DNA of 64,000 nucleotides from an uncultured Alphaproteobacteria bacterium (GTDB lineage Bacteria; Pseudomonadota; Alphaproteobacteria; Rhizobiales; Xanthobacteraceae): NCBI GenBank assembly GCA_963814885.1, contig CAWFEO010000003.1, positions 4,973 to 68,972 of the forward strand, read 5' to 3'. Shown piece by piece: positions 55,470 to 63,290 of this stretch (position 1 is its first letter; each line of letters starts with the position of its first letter). The notes under the pieces were generated by a model. It saw only the letters and a program-made list of their open reading frames with translations, ran no database searches and was not told where the DNA came from. The position numbers and the translations under genes were made by a program.

Positions 55470-55841
55470 CTATATTGCAGTGTTGGAGGCGCGCAGCCGT
55501 TGCGCCAGCACGCGCATGACCGTGAGCGCGAAAAACGGCGTCTGGCTGACCATAAACAGGAACTGCTTCTCTGACACCGGGACCAGCGTGACGTCGGTCG
55601 CAGCGATCGCCATGGCGCTGCGCGGCGCGCCGTCGATCAGCGCCATCTCGCCGAAAATCGTGTTGGGTTCGAGCGTGTCAAGCATGCGATTGCCGTGCAT
55701 GATTCCGACGCGCCCGCTCTGGATGACAAAGAGCTCGTTTGCCGGGTCGCCTTCGTTGAAGATGGTCTCGCCCTTCTTGAACGGCCGCGTCGGCACCCCG
55801 GATTTGGCGAGAAGACTGAAATCGACAGCTTCATTCGGCAT
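55470..55841 (-). CDS. Stand-alone cNMP-binding domain protein
   Basis: 123 aa from MPNEAVDF; IFNEGDPA..LFVIQSG, IFGEMALIDGAPRSA; no HTH. Confidence 0.9.
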   Translation of the reverse strand: MPNEAVDFSLLAKSGVPTRPFKKGETIFNEGDPANELFVIQSGRVGIMHGNRMLDTLEPNTIFGEMALIDGAPRSAMAIAATDVTLVPVSEKQFLFMVSQTPFFALTVMRVLAQRLRASNTAI

Positions 55842-55937
55842 CGGCGTAGGCCTCGTTTTTTTCGGGATGATCGATCCGCGGGCGCGCGCCGTACTAACCG
55901 ACAATTCAATTGCAGTTTTATGACAGGGATCGGGGGC

Positions 55938-55953
55938 TGGCGGTCCCGACCGG
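55938..55953 (-). repeat. att direct repeat: copy of the tRNA-Arg 3' end
   Basis: TGGCGGTCCCGACCGG at 55938 versus TGGCGGTCCCGACAGG at 62321; 13-bp perfect, 15/16 identical. Confidence 0.8.
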
Positions 55954-56024
55954 GCTTTACCGGGCCAACTAAAACAAGGTCTTGTCCGCTTGCGGGACGA
56001 GAAACGACTGCACGCAATCGTTAG

Positions 56025-56066
56025 GCTTCCCGCTTCCCGCTTCCCGCTTCCCGCTTCCCGCTTCCT
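56025..56066. repeat. Heptamer tandem repeat (GCTTCCC)x5 plus GCTTCCT
   Basis: Counted directly; the minus strand reads GGGAAGC repeats. Confidence 0.95.
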
Positions 56067-56089
56067 GCCCCGCATTTAGGCGCGGCAGA

Positions 56090-56283
56090 ATGACGTGGGT
56101 CATGGAATTTTGTGGCGCGGGCTGGCCGCGCTCGACCGGCCGATACCGCCGCCGATCAACCGGCAGCCGCGCGACAACATCGCGCCGACCACCATGATCG
56201 ACGCCGCGATCGCGCGCGGCGGCGGTCGCCTGACGCTCGTTGCGATGCGCTGGGGACCAATCCCGTCCTGGTGGAAGAAAACC
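56090..56283 (+). pseudogene. SOS-response-associated peptidase (SRAP/YedK) remnant
   Basis: INRQPRDNIAPTTMIDAAIAR.GGRLTLVAMRWGPIPSWWKKT matches the SRAP N-terminal PRYNIAPT...MRWGLIPSWW pattern; the catalytic MCGR N-terminus and the C-terminal part are absent. Confidence 0.72.
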
Positions 56284-56333
56284 GGGCGCAGCCGGCTACG
56301 GATGCGGCGCCTCGCCCCAGATGGAAGCTCCGG

Positions 56334-57209
56334 TCACTCGAATGTTTCTGAGCCGTGCACCGCGGTGCGATGCATGAGCCGGCGCTGCGGCCAACGGTAT
56401 CCGCCGGCGGCCATGTGCTGGGTGTTGCAGTTGTCCCACATCACCACGTCGCCGACGCGCCAACGGTGACAGTAGATGTGTTCCGGCTGGAGAATGTGAT
56501 CGAAGAGCTCCTGCAAGAGCGGCTGCGCCTCCTTCTCCTCGTCCCAGCCGTCGATCCCGAACGTGTAGGTCTTGTTGACATAGATGCACTTGCGGCCGGT
56601 GAAGGGGTGGCTGCGGACGACGGGATGGGTGACATCGGGCGTTGCGGCCTTCTGCTCCTCGGTCAGGGGCGCACGCTTGTGGTCATGCTCGCGCTGAGCA
56701 CGCTTTCTCTCCTGCGCCCGAAAATACTGATGTACACCGCGCAGGCCTGCAAGCTGCTGCTTCTGCTCTTCGGACAACCGGTCATAGGCGTTCGCCGTAT
56801 TGACGAAGAGCGTATCGCCGAGGGGCTCGCCATTTTCGTCGTGCGGAACTTCCTTGCCGTGGAGCAGCGACATGCGCGCGGGCTTCTTCATGAAACTCAG
56901 ATCGGTATGCCAGTCGTCACCCGCATAGGCGCTGCCGATGCTGCGGTCGCCTTCCTTGATGTTGGAGATCAGATGAATCTGGGGGTAGCCGGGCAAAGCG
57001 TACTCTTGGCGGACATGAACCTCGAGCTCTCCGAAACCCTGGGTAAAGCGGATCTGCTCCTCCGGGCTCATGTCCTGGTCATGGAATATGACCAGACCGT
57101 TTTCGTTCAGCGCCTGCTCGATGCGAGCAAAGGTCTCTTTATCCATGTCCTGAGACAGATCGACGCCGGTGATCTCAACACCGAATGGTTGCAACTGACG
57201 AATCTGCAT
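56334..57209 (-). CDS. TauD/TfdA-family Fe(II)/2-oxoglutarate dioxygenase
   Basis: MQIRQLQPFGVEITGVDL, WHTD (HxD), GDTLF, HPVVRSHP.TGRK.IYVN, WDNCNTQH, RLMHRT. Confidence 0.93.
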   Translation of the reverse strand: MQIRQLQPFGVEITGVDLSQDMDKETFARIEQALNENGLVIFHDQDMSPEEQIRFTQGFGELEVHVRQEYALPGYPQIHLISNIKEGDRSIGSAYAGDDWHTDLSFMKKPARMSLLHGKEVPHDENGEPLGDTLFVNTANAYDRLSEEQKQQLAGLRGVHQYFRAQERKRAQREHDHKRAPLTEEQKAATPDVTHPVVRSHPFTGRKCIYVNKTYTFGIDGWDEEKEAQPLLQELFDHILQPEHIYCHRWRVGDVVMWDNCNTQHMAAGGYRWPQRRLMHRTAVHGSETFE

Positions 57210-57550
57210 TTCAGTCAAGAGCGCACTCCTCCCCGCTTTGCGCCGCAGGTGCGGCTGGCAACTTTCTCGGCCGCTTCTGCAATCCAGGGAATTCGTTCTG
57301 GCCGAGCCTTGGTTGCGACCCAACCCTGGCTCTAACCAAGCCGGTGCTCCACCGCACTCCGTTCCGCGGGGCGTAGCCTCACCGGCTTGTCCCCTCAGAC
57401 CGCCTCGCGGCGACCGGCCAAATTGTTTCCCACCCGGGCTGACCCGGGCCGCTGATTGCGTCGGCTCTATGCCTACGATCGCGACGGAAACCCATTTAGT
57501 CAAACACAATTAGCTGATAACCTAATTCGTATCCCAAATAGGATGCCGCC

Positions 57551-58495
57551 ATGCGTCGCTTGATTATCCACCATTTGGAAGCCTTCCGCGCCATCATGCT
57601 GTCTGGAACGACGACCGGCGCCGCCACCGCGCTTGCCGTGTCCCAGCCCTCAATCAGCCGCCTCCTCGGCGAACTGGAAGGCCAGCTCGGGGTGCAGTTG
57701 TTCGTCCGACAAAAGGGCCGCCTGATTCCGACGCAAGAGGCCGAGTGGCTCTTTAACGAGGCTCAGGATGTCCTGACCAGGCTGGATCGACTGGATACGT
57801 CAGCGAGAGACGTCCGTCATTTCTCCATTGGCGAATTGAGGATCGTGGCGACGCCTCCCCTGGCCCATGGCCTCGTCCCGGAATGCCTCCAGCGCCTACG
57901 CAGCGTCTATCCGGACCTGCGCGTAACCCTGCAGGTGGCGTTCCGACGCGAGGTCAGGATGGTGACCGACTCGCAGAACTTCGATGTCGCCCTCTCGACG
58001 TTACCGATCGACTACCCGGCCCCCGAATCCGAGCGTCTGGTCTCGGTGCGCGGAGTCTGCATCCTGCCCACCGGGCACCACCTCACCGAAAAGGCTGTTA
58101 TCGAGGCGGCCGATCTCGCCGAGGAGCCTTTCATCTCGCCATTGCCGGAGGCGCTTTCCCGCATGCGCCTCGATCTCCTGTTCGATGAGGCGGGCGTGCG
58201 GCGCAAGCGGCAATTGATGGAGTCGCACACGCCCATGACGATCTGCCAGATGGTGGCCGCCGGCCTCGGCGTTGCGGTAACCGATCCCTTCACCGCGCGC
58301 GCTTTCGCTCACCTGGGAATCGCCATCCGGTCCTTCGCTCCGACCTTCGAATATGAGTACGGTTTGCTTTTCCCCTTGCGCAGACCCCGCTCTCGACTGG
58401 CGAAAGAATTCGCAGAGGCCGCGCATGCTTGTGTCGCGGAATATCTCCAGTCGGACACGGAAATGATCGAGAGCACCGGCGCGAGCCAGGTTTGA
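57551..58495 (+). CDS. LysR-family regulator, divergent from the TauD gene
   Basis: LEAFRAIMLSGTTTGAA..L.VSQPSISRLLGELE..LGVQLF.R. Confidence 0.94.
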   Translation: MRRLIIHHLEAFRAIMLSGTTTGAATALAVSQPSISRLLGELEGQLGVQLFVRQKGRLIPTQEAEWLFNEAQDVLTRLDRLDTSARDVRHFSIGELRIVATPPLAHGLVPECLQRLRSVYPDLRVTLQVAFRREVRMVTDSQNFDVALSTLPIDYPAPESERLVSVRGVCILPTGHHLTEKAVIEAADLAEEPFISPLPEALSRMRLDLLFDEAGVRRKRQLMESHTPMTICQMVAAGLGVAVTDPFTARAFAHLGIAIRSFAPTFEYEYGLLFPLRRPRSRLAKEFAEAAHACVAEYLQSDTEMIESTGASQV

Positions 58496-58545
58496 TCCGA
58501 TGACCCGGCGCGCGAGGAGTCGTAGTCAACCTGGCAGCAACAAAA

Positions 58546-58580
58546 ACGCCGCCCCGGGGGATCTGCCCTCGGAGCGGCGT
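58546..58580. terminator. Imperfect hairpin between convergent LysR and tctC genes
   Basis: ACGCCGC...GCGGCGT outer stem preceded by AAAAA (U-tract for the minus-strand operon). Confidence 0.55.
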
Positions 58581-58603
58581 GTTCTGATTGCCGGCAGGAT
58601 GCG

Positions 58604-59575
58604 CTACTGCATAAGGTGCAGCTCTTTGAAGAGCTTGGTGTAGGTGACCTGCTCCTCCTTGATCATCTTCTCCATCTCGTCGCCGGCGACGAAGAGGTTG
58701 AGCATGTCGTGCTTGGCGACGTAGTTCTTGAAATCCTTATTGGCGGCGACCTTCTTCATCTCCGCAATCCAGTACGCCTGGGCCTCCTTCGAAATGCCGG
58801 GCGGCGCCCAGAAACCTCGGTACTGGCGCAGTGGCGGGAACTTATAGCCAAGCGATTGCAGGGTTGGCGCCTTGGGATAGAGCGGAACCGGCATGTTGGT
58901 GGCGACCACGCGGAAATCACCGGACTTCACGTAAGCGTCGGCCTGTGCGGGATTGCACATGATCAGGGCAACGTGCCCACCGAGCAGCTCGGTGACGCCT
59001 TTCGATTTGAAGGGCGTGAACGGGATCTTCACGTGTGCCTCGCTGGCAAGCATGGCATTGTAGAGAGAATCCACCTCGCCCACCGCACCGCCGCCCTGCA
59101 CGACCTTGCCCGGGTTCTTCTTTGCAGCGTCGATGATGTCCTTGAAGCTCTTGTAATCAGACTTGGCATTCACCACGACCAGGAGCGGCGACGCCACCAT
59201 GATTGCGATCGGTGTGAAGTCGGTGGCGCGGTAATTTGCATTGTTCAGGATCGGTCTGCTGATGTTCGACGGCGTCACGCCTTGCAGCACATTGGGATCG
59301 CCCTTCTTGCTGAGAACATAGCGCCGGGCACGGTCGCCGCCGCCACCGGGCATGTTCATCGCGTCGACGCCTTTGGGCAGCTTGGGATCCAATATCTTCT
59401 CGACTTCACGAACGAAATTGTTGATGTCGCTCGTCGCGCCGGCGGTATGGATGATCAGTTTGACTTGCTCGGTCGGCTTCCACGCCTGGGCCGACGCCGA
59501 TGAGAGGCCTGCAATCGCTACCGCCGCGCAGGCCACCATGGCACCATTTCGAAATCTTGAAAGAACGGTACTCAT
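58604..59575 (-). CDS. tctC: TTT substrate-binding protein (divergent TctC/Bug)
   Basis: Signal peptide; WKPTEQVKLI, NMPGGGG, DFTPIA, LLGGHV, APTLQSLG, RGFWAPPG. Confidence 0.85.
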   Translation of the reverse strand: MSTVLSRFRNGAMVACAAVAIAGLSSASAQAWKPTEQVKLIIHTAGATSDINNFVREVEKILDPKLPKGVDAMNMPGGGGDRARRYVLSKKGDPNVLQGVTPSNISRPILNNANYRATDFTPIAIMVASPLLVVVNAKSDYKSFKDIIDAAKKNPGKVVQGGGAVGEVDSLYNAMLASEAHVKIPFTPFKSKGVTELLGGHVALIMCNPAQADAYVKSGDFRVVATNMPVPLYPKAPTLQSLGYKFPPLRQYRGFWAPPGISKEAQAYWIAEMKKVAANKDFKNYVAKHDMLNLFVAGDEMEKMIKEEQVTYTKLFKELHLMQ

Positions 59576-59681
59576 TCGCTTCCTCCCCTTGTTGCGCGCC
59601 GCCACATCTTCGAGCCGCCGTGCCCACCTGGATCACGACAAAACGCATGCGACGCATTCTTTTGAAAGTGCACCTATTGAT

Positions 59682-61211
59682 TCACTCCTCCATGGGCAAA
59701 GCCTGTGGCGCCTCCCCCGTGATGAGCCCGCGACGACTACGCGTGCGGATGAGCGGCGGCAGCACCAGTGAAACGACAGACAGCAACAGGAATACACTGA
59801 CGATCGGGCGCTCGATGATCTCTAAGGCATTTCCCTGATGCATGATCATCGATTGCCGGAAGGCTTCCTCCATCCGGCTGCCGAGCACAAACCCGAGGAT
59901 CACGGGTGCCAACGGATAGCCGTAGCGGCGCATATAGTCGCCGAGCAAGCCGAAGAAGCAGAGTTCGAACAGATCGAGGATGGAGTAGTTGACGCTGAAA
60001 ATGCCGGCCGCCGCGATTACGACGATGATCGGGATCAGCATGCGCATCGGCAAATAGAGGATACGGATAAACAAGTTCACCAGCGGCAGATTAAGAATCA
60101 GCAGCATGATGTTGCCGATGTAGAGCGCCGCGATGAGGCCCCAAACGAGGTCCGGACGTTGGGAGAACAAAAGCGGGCCCGGCGTGATGTCGAGCATGAC
60201 GAAGGCTCCGAGCATCACCGCCGTGGTGGCGGAACCGGGAATGCCGAGTGTGAGCATGGGCACCATGGCGCCGGCGCTCGCCGCGTTGTTGGCGGCCTCC
60301 GGAGCTGAAACGCCCCGAATCTCTCCCTTGCCGAAACGCTCCGGATGCCGGCTTATCTGCGTCTCCAGGGAATAGGCGAGAAACGAGGCGATGCCCGCGC
60401 CCGCGCCGGGCAGGACTCCGACGAAGAAGCCCAGAATGCCGCCGCGGAAGATCGAGCCGATACACTCCCGAATCTCCCGGAATGAAATGAACAATCTGTG
60501 CTTGATAAGCTCCGGCACATCGCCCTGGCGGATGTTCCTGACGCCGATCAGCACTTCGGAAATCGCGAACAGCCCGAGCGTGATTGAGAGAAATTGGATG
60601 CCCGACAACAGGTCCGGAACGCCGAAGACGAAGCGGGGCACGCCAGCCACATCTACCCCGACCGTCGCCAGCATCAGGCCCAAGCAGACGGACATGAACG
60701 CCTTCAGAAGCGAGTCCCCCGCCAGGCTGGAAACGGCGGTCAGCCCGAAAAGCATGAGTGCGAAATATTCCGGCGGGCTGAAAGTGAGCGCGATGCGGGA
60801 GATCAGCGGACCGATCAGCATCATACCGAGCACCGACACGGTTCCCGCCAGATAGGAGCTGATGGCGGAAATGCAGAGCGCCGGCCCGGCGCGCCCCTGC
60901 TTGGCCATCTGATGGCCATCCAAACAGACAATGACGGCCGATGTATCGCCGGGTGTATTCAGCAGGATCGAAGATACCCCGCCGCCATACATGACGCCCG
61001 TGTAGGTAGCAGCAAGCATGATGATGGCGCCGACCGGATTGAGCGACGTCACAATCGGCAGCATGAGCGCAAGCGCTCCCGCCGAGCCGATGCCGGGCAG
61101 CACACCGATCGCCGTGCCCAGCACAGCACCGATGCCCGAATACATCAGCATGCTCGGAGTAAGCGCGATCAGGAAGCCCTGTCCCAGCTCATGCAGAATG
61201 TCGACTTGCAT
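59682..61211 (-). CDS. tctA: TTT large subunit
   Basis: GVLPGIG, YGGGVSSILLNTPGD, LDGHQMAKQGRAG, PEAANNA, LGIPGSAT; start MQVDIL. Confidence 0.93.
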   Translation of the reverse strand: MQVDILHELGQGFLIALTPSMLMYSGIGAVLGTAIGVLPGIGSAGALALMLPIVTSLNPVGAIIMLAATYTGVMYGGGVSSILLNTPGDTSAVIVCLDGHQMAKQGRAGPALCISAISSYLAGTVSVLGMMLIGPLISRIALTFSPPEYFALMLFGLTAVSSLAGDSLLKAFMSVCLGLMLATVGVDVAGVPRFVFGVPDLLSGIQFLSITLGLFAISEVLIGVRNIRQGDVPELIKHRLFISFREIRECIGSIFRGGILGFFVGVLPGAGAGIASFLAYSLETQISRHPERFGKGEIRGVSAPEAANNAASAGAMVPMLTLGIPGSATTAVMLGAFVMLDITPGPLLFSQRPDLVWGLIAALYIGNIMLLILNLPLVNLFIRILYLPMRMLIPIIVVIAAAGIFSVNYSILDLFELCFFGLLGDYMRRYGYPLAPVILGFVLGSRMEEAFRQSMIMHQGNALEIIERPIVSVFLLLSVVSLVLPPLIRTRSRRGLITGEAPQALPMEE

Positions 61212-61225
61212 CGGTGGCTCCGCCG

Positions 61226-61726
61226 CTAACGAATGGCCGGAAGAATGACTCCGGTGGGGAGCTGGACATTGAATGCCCAGGTGAACAGCGAAAACGTCAC
61301 CGCCGTCAGGGTGACGGCAAACAGCAAGGAAGCTCGCCAAGTCGGCTGGCCGAGCCATTTTACGGTCACGGTTGCGAACAGGATCGTCGCAATGAGATAG
61401 CCGAGCTTATCCATCAGCAGCACGTAACCGATGATCAGGGCCAGGCCCTGCAGGTCACGCATCTCACCGCGTAGCGTGCGCGTTCGTTCCCGTGGCGGCC
61501 TTGCCACCATGAGTGAACCGAGCTTCCGGAAAAAGAACAGCAGCGATAACCCTAAGCCGAGGATGCCCAACAGGATGGGATAAGTCCGCGGCCCCACTAG
61601 ATCCGACATGAGGCCGCCGCGCAGCGTTGTCGCGTACGCCAGATAAATCAGCGACAGCAGCAGGAAAAGAAACGCCAGCGCGTTCTCGCCGCGCCATAGC
61701 TCTCGCAGCCACGCCATAACGCGCAT
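61226..61726 (-). CDS. tctB: TTT small subunit
   Basis: VGPRTYP, LGYLIAT, FNVQLPTG. Confidence 0.88.
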   Translation of the reverse strand: MRVMAWLRELWRGENALAFLFLLLSLIYLAYATTLRGGLMSDLVGPRTYPILLGILGLGLSLLFFFRKLGSLMVARPPRERTRTLRGEMRDLQGLALIIGYVLLMDKLGYLIATILFATVTVKWLGQPTWRASLLFAVTLTAVTFSLFTWAFNVQLPTGVILPAIR

Positions 61727-61762
61727 GTGCTTCGGTCTCCTCCCTGCTCCGGATTTTTATTT

Positions 61763-61823
61763 TCTCGATCTGCGAGATTCTGATTGTCTCGATCTGCGAG
61801 ATTTTGACTATCTCGATCTGCGG
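61763..61823. repeat. 24-bp-period tandem repeat (about 2.5 units) with internal inverted repeat TCTCG-ATCTG-CGAGA
   Basis: Units start at 61763, 61787 and 61811; located 37-97 bp upstream of tctB. Confidence 0.85.
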
Positions 61824-62088
61824 CGGTTCCGGAGCGCCGTCACAGTGAATCCATTAACGGCTAACGACGATGACGAATCAAGTGGAGATGCGAACGAATT
61901 TATCTGGCCGGAAAATCGATGCAGGTGCTGTTGCCCGCATTGTCGCAATAGCAGTCTTCACGTCATCCAAATTCCACTTCGCGATCGTGGGTATTGAGAA
62001 TGAATTGGGTGTTAGGGAAACGCCTACTTGTGAAGCCGGCAGACCTCACGCCGCCATCGCCGGCGACGATGAAAAGCCGTAGCAAGCC

Positions 62089-62231
62089 CGTGAAGCCGCG
62101 CGCGGTTCGCCAAGCGCGACGCGACCGCGCATGAGACCACGGCGATCACCGGCCATTGCTCCCTCGAAGAAGTCGAACGCTACACCCGCGCCGCCCGGCA
62201 GGGGAAACTCGCTAGCGCCGCGATAGCCAAG
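62089..62231 (+). pseudogene. Tyrosine recombinase/integrase C-terminal remnant
   Basis: ARFAKRDATAHETTAITGHCSLEEVERYTRAARQGKLASAAIAK resembles the AGAT.HEI.AITGH.SL.EVERYT box; His 62154, Tyr 62181; frameshifted REAAR upstream; no start or N-terminus. Confidence 0.8.
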
Positions 62232-62320
62232 TGCAAATCGCAGACAGGAATAGCGCCACCGGACCAGGCGGCGGGACAATTCGGCTAAAATACTGGAGCT
62301 TCAACGCCGCTCGGCGAGAG

Positions 62321-62397
62321 TGGCGGTCCCGACAGGACTCGAACCTGTGACCTTCGGTTTAGGAAACCGCTGCTCTATCCAGCTGAGCTACGGGACC
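62321..62397 (-). tRNA. tRNA-Arg (anticodon CCT)
   Basis: GGTCCCG acceptor stem, D-arm GCTC/GAGC, anticodon loop TTCCTAA, T-loop TTCGAGT, encoded CCA; 77 nt. Confidence 0.97.
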
Positions 62398-62492
62398 GTT
62401 GCGGGGCGGTTTAGCATAGCCGGGCGCATGGCGCACGAATTCGGAGGCGCCGTATTGACGGCATCGTCACCGAATTCCGACAATCCAATGCC

Positions 62493-63290
62493 ATGACAAG
62501 CCACCGGCACCGCATGCTTGCCGTTATCTTGGCGACGGCCGCGCTGACCTTCGCCGCGCGCGCGTTGGCGCAACCGGCCTGTCCGCTCGCGCCGATCGGC
62601 ACCGCCACGGTCGCCGCGGTGCGCGACGGCCGCACGCTCATGCTCGCCGACGGCCGCGCATTGCGGCTGGCAGCAATCGAAGTTCCTGCCGAAAGCCGCG
62701 CCGCTTTGCAAAAGCTGGTCGCCGGCCGGACGTTGCGGCTGAAAAAGCTGGGGCCCGATCACGACCGTTACGGCCGCCTCGTCGCTTTCGTCTTCGCCGG
62801 CGAAGCCGAAGAGTCCGTGCAACAGACTCTGCTCGCGCAGGGCGCAGCACGGGTTTCGGCGCGCGTCGGCAACATGGCCTGCGCCGAAGCGCTTTTGGCG
62901 GCGGAGGGGAAGGCACGCGCCGCCGGCCGCGGGCTCTGGAGCGATCCCAATTTTGCCCCTTTACCGGCGCAAGATCCCGCTCGCCTTAAGGGTGAACGGG
63001 GTCAATTTGCGTTGGTAGAGGGCAAGGTCTTGTCGGTCCGCGTGAGCGGCGGCACACTTTATATGAATTTCGGGCGGCGCTGGACGGAGGGGTTCAGCAT
63101 CGTCATTCCGCGGCGCTTTCAACACGCGTTTACCGCGGCGGGCATCGAGCTCAAGCAGCTCGCCGGCCGCCGTATCCGGGTGCGCGGCTGGATTGAGCAG
63201 CGCCGCGGCCCGATCATCGAGGCCGACGCTCCCGAGCAGATCGAGCTTACCGGCGACAGCATGCGGCACAGCCAAGAGACGCGGCCATGA
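62493..63290 (+). CDS. Thermonuclease (SNase)-family exported protein with C-terminal OB-like domain
   Basis: Signal peptide; DGRTL, LRLAAIE, DRYGRLVAFV, LLAQGAAR, ARAAGRGLW. Confidence 0.85.
   Translation: MTSHRHRMLAVILATAALTFAARALAQPACPLAPIGTATVAAVRDGRTLMLADGRALRLAAIEVPAESRAALQKLVAGRTLRLKKLGPDHDRYGRLVAFVFAGEAEESVQQTLLAQGAARVSARVGNMACAEALLAAEGKARAAGRGLWSDPNFAPLPAQDPARLKGERGQFALVEGKVLSVRVSGGTLYMNFGRRWTEGFSIVIPRRFQHAFTAAGIELKQLAGRRIRVRGWIEQRRGPIIEADAPEQIELTGDSMRHSQETRP

Larger units (their letters stand above)
55938..62336. mobile_element. Decayed tRNA-Arg-integrated genomic island (about 6.4 kb)
   Basis: Flanking att repeats, tyrosine-integrase remnant next to the tRNA, SRAP remnant at the other end, catabolic cargo. 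Confidence 0.8.

Noticed and set aside
61763-61823. Mini-CRISPR interpretation of the 24-bp-period palindromic repeats
   Set aside because: Units are directly tandem with only about 9 bp of similar intervening sequence; there are no unique 26-45 bp spacers and no cas genes in the window
61725-61997. 90-aa ORF with LDLRD repeats
   Set aside because: The repeats only reflect the 24-bp DNA repeat; it lies in the tctB promoter region on the opposite strand, with no homology evident
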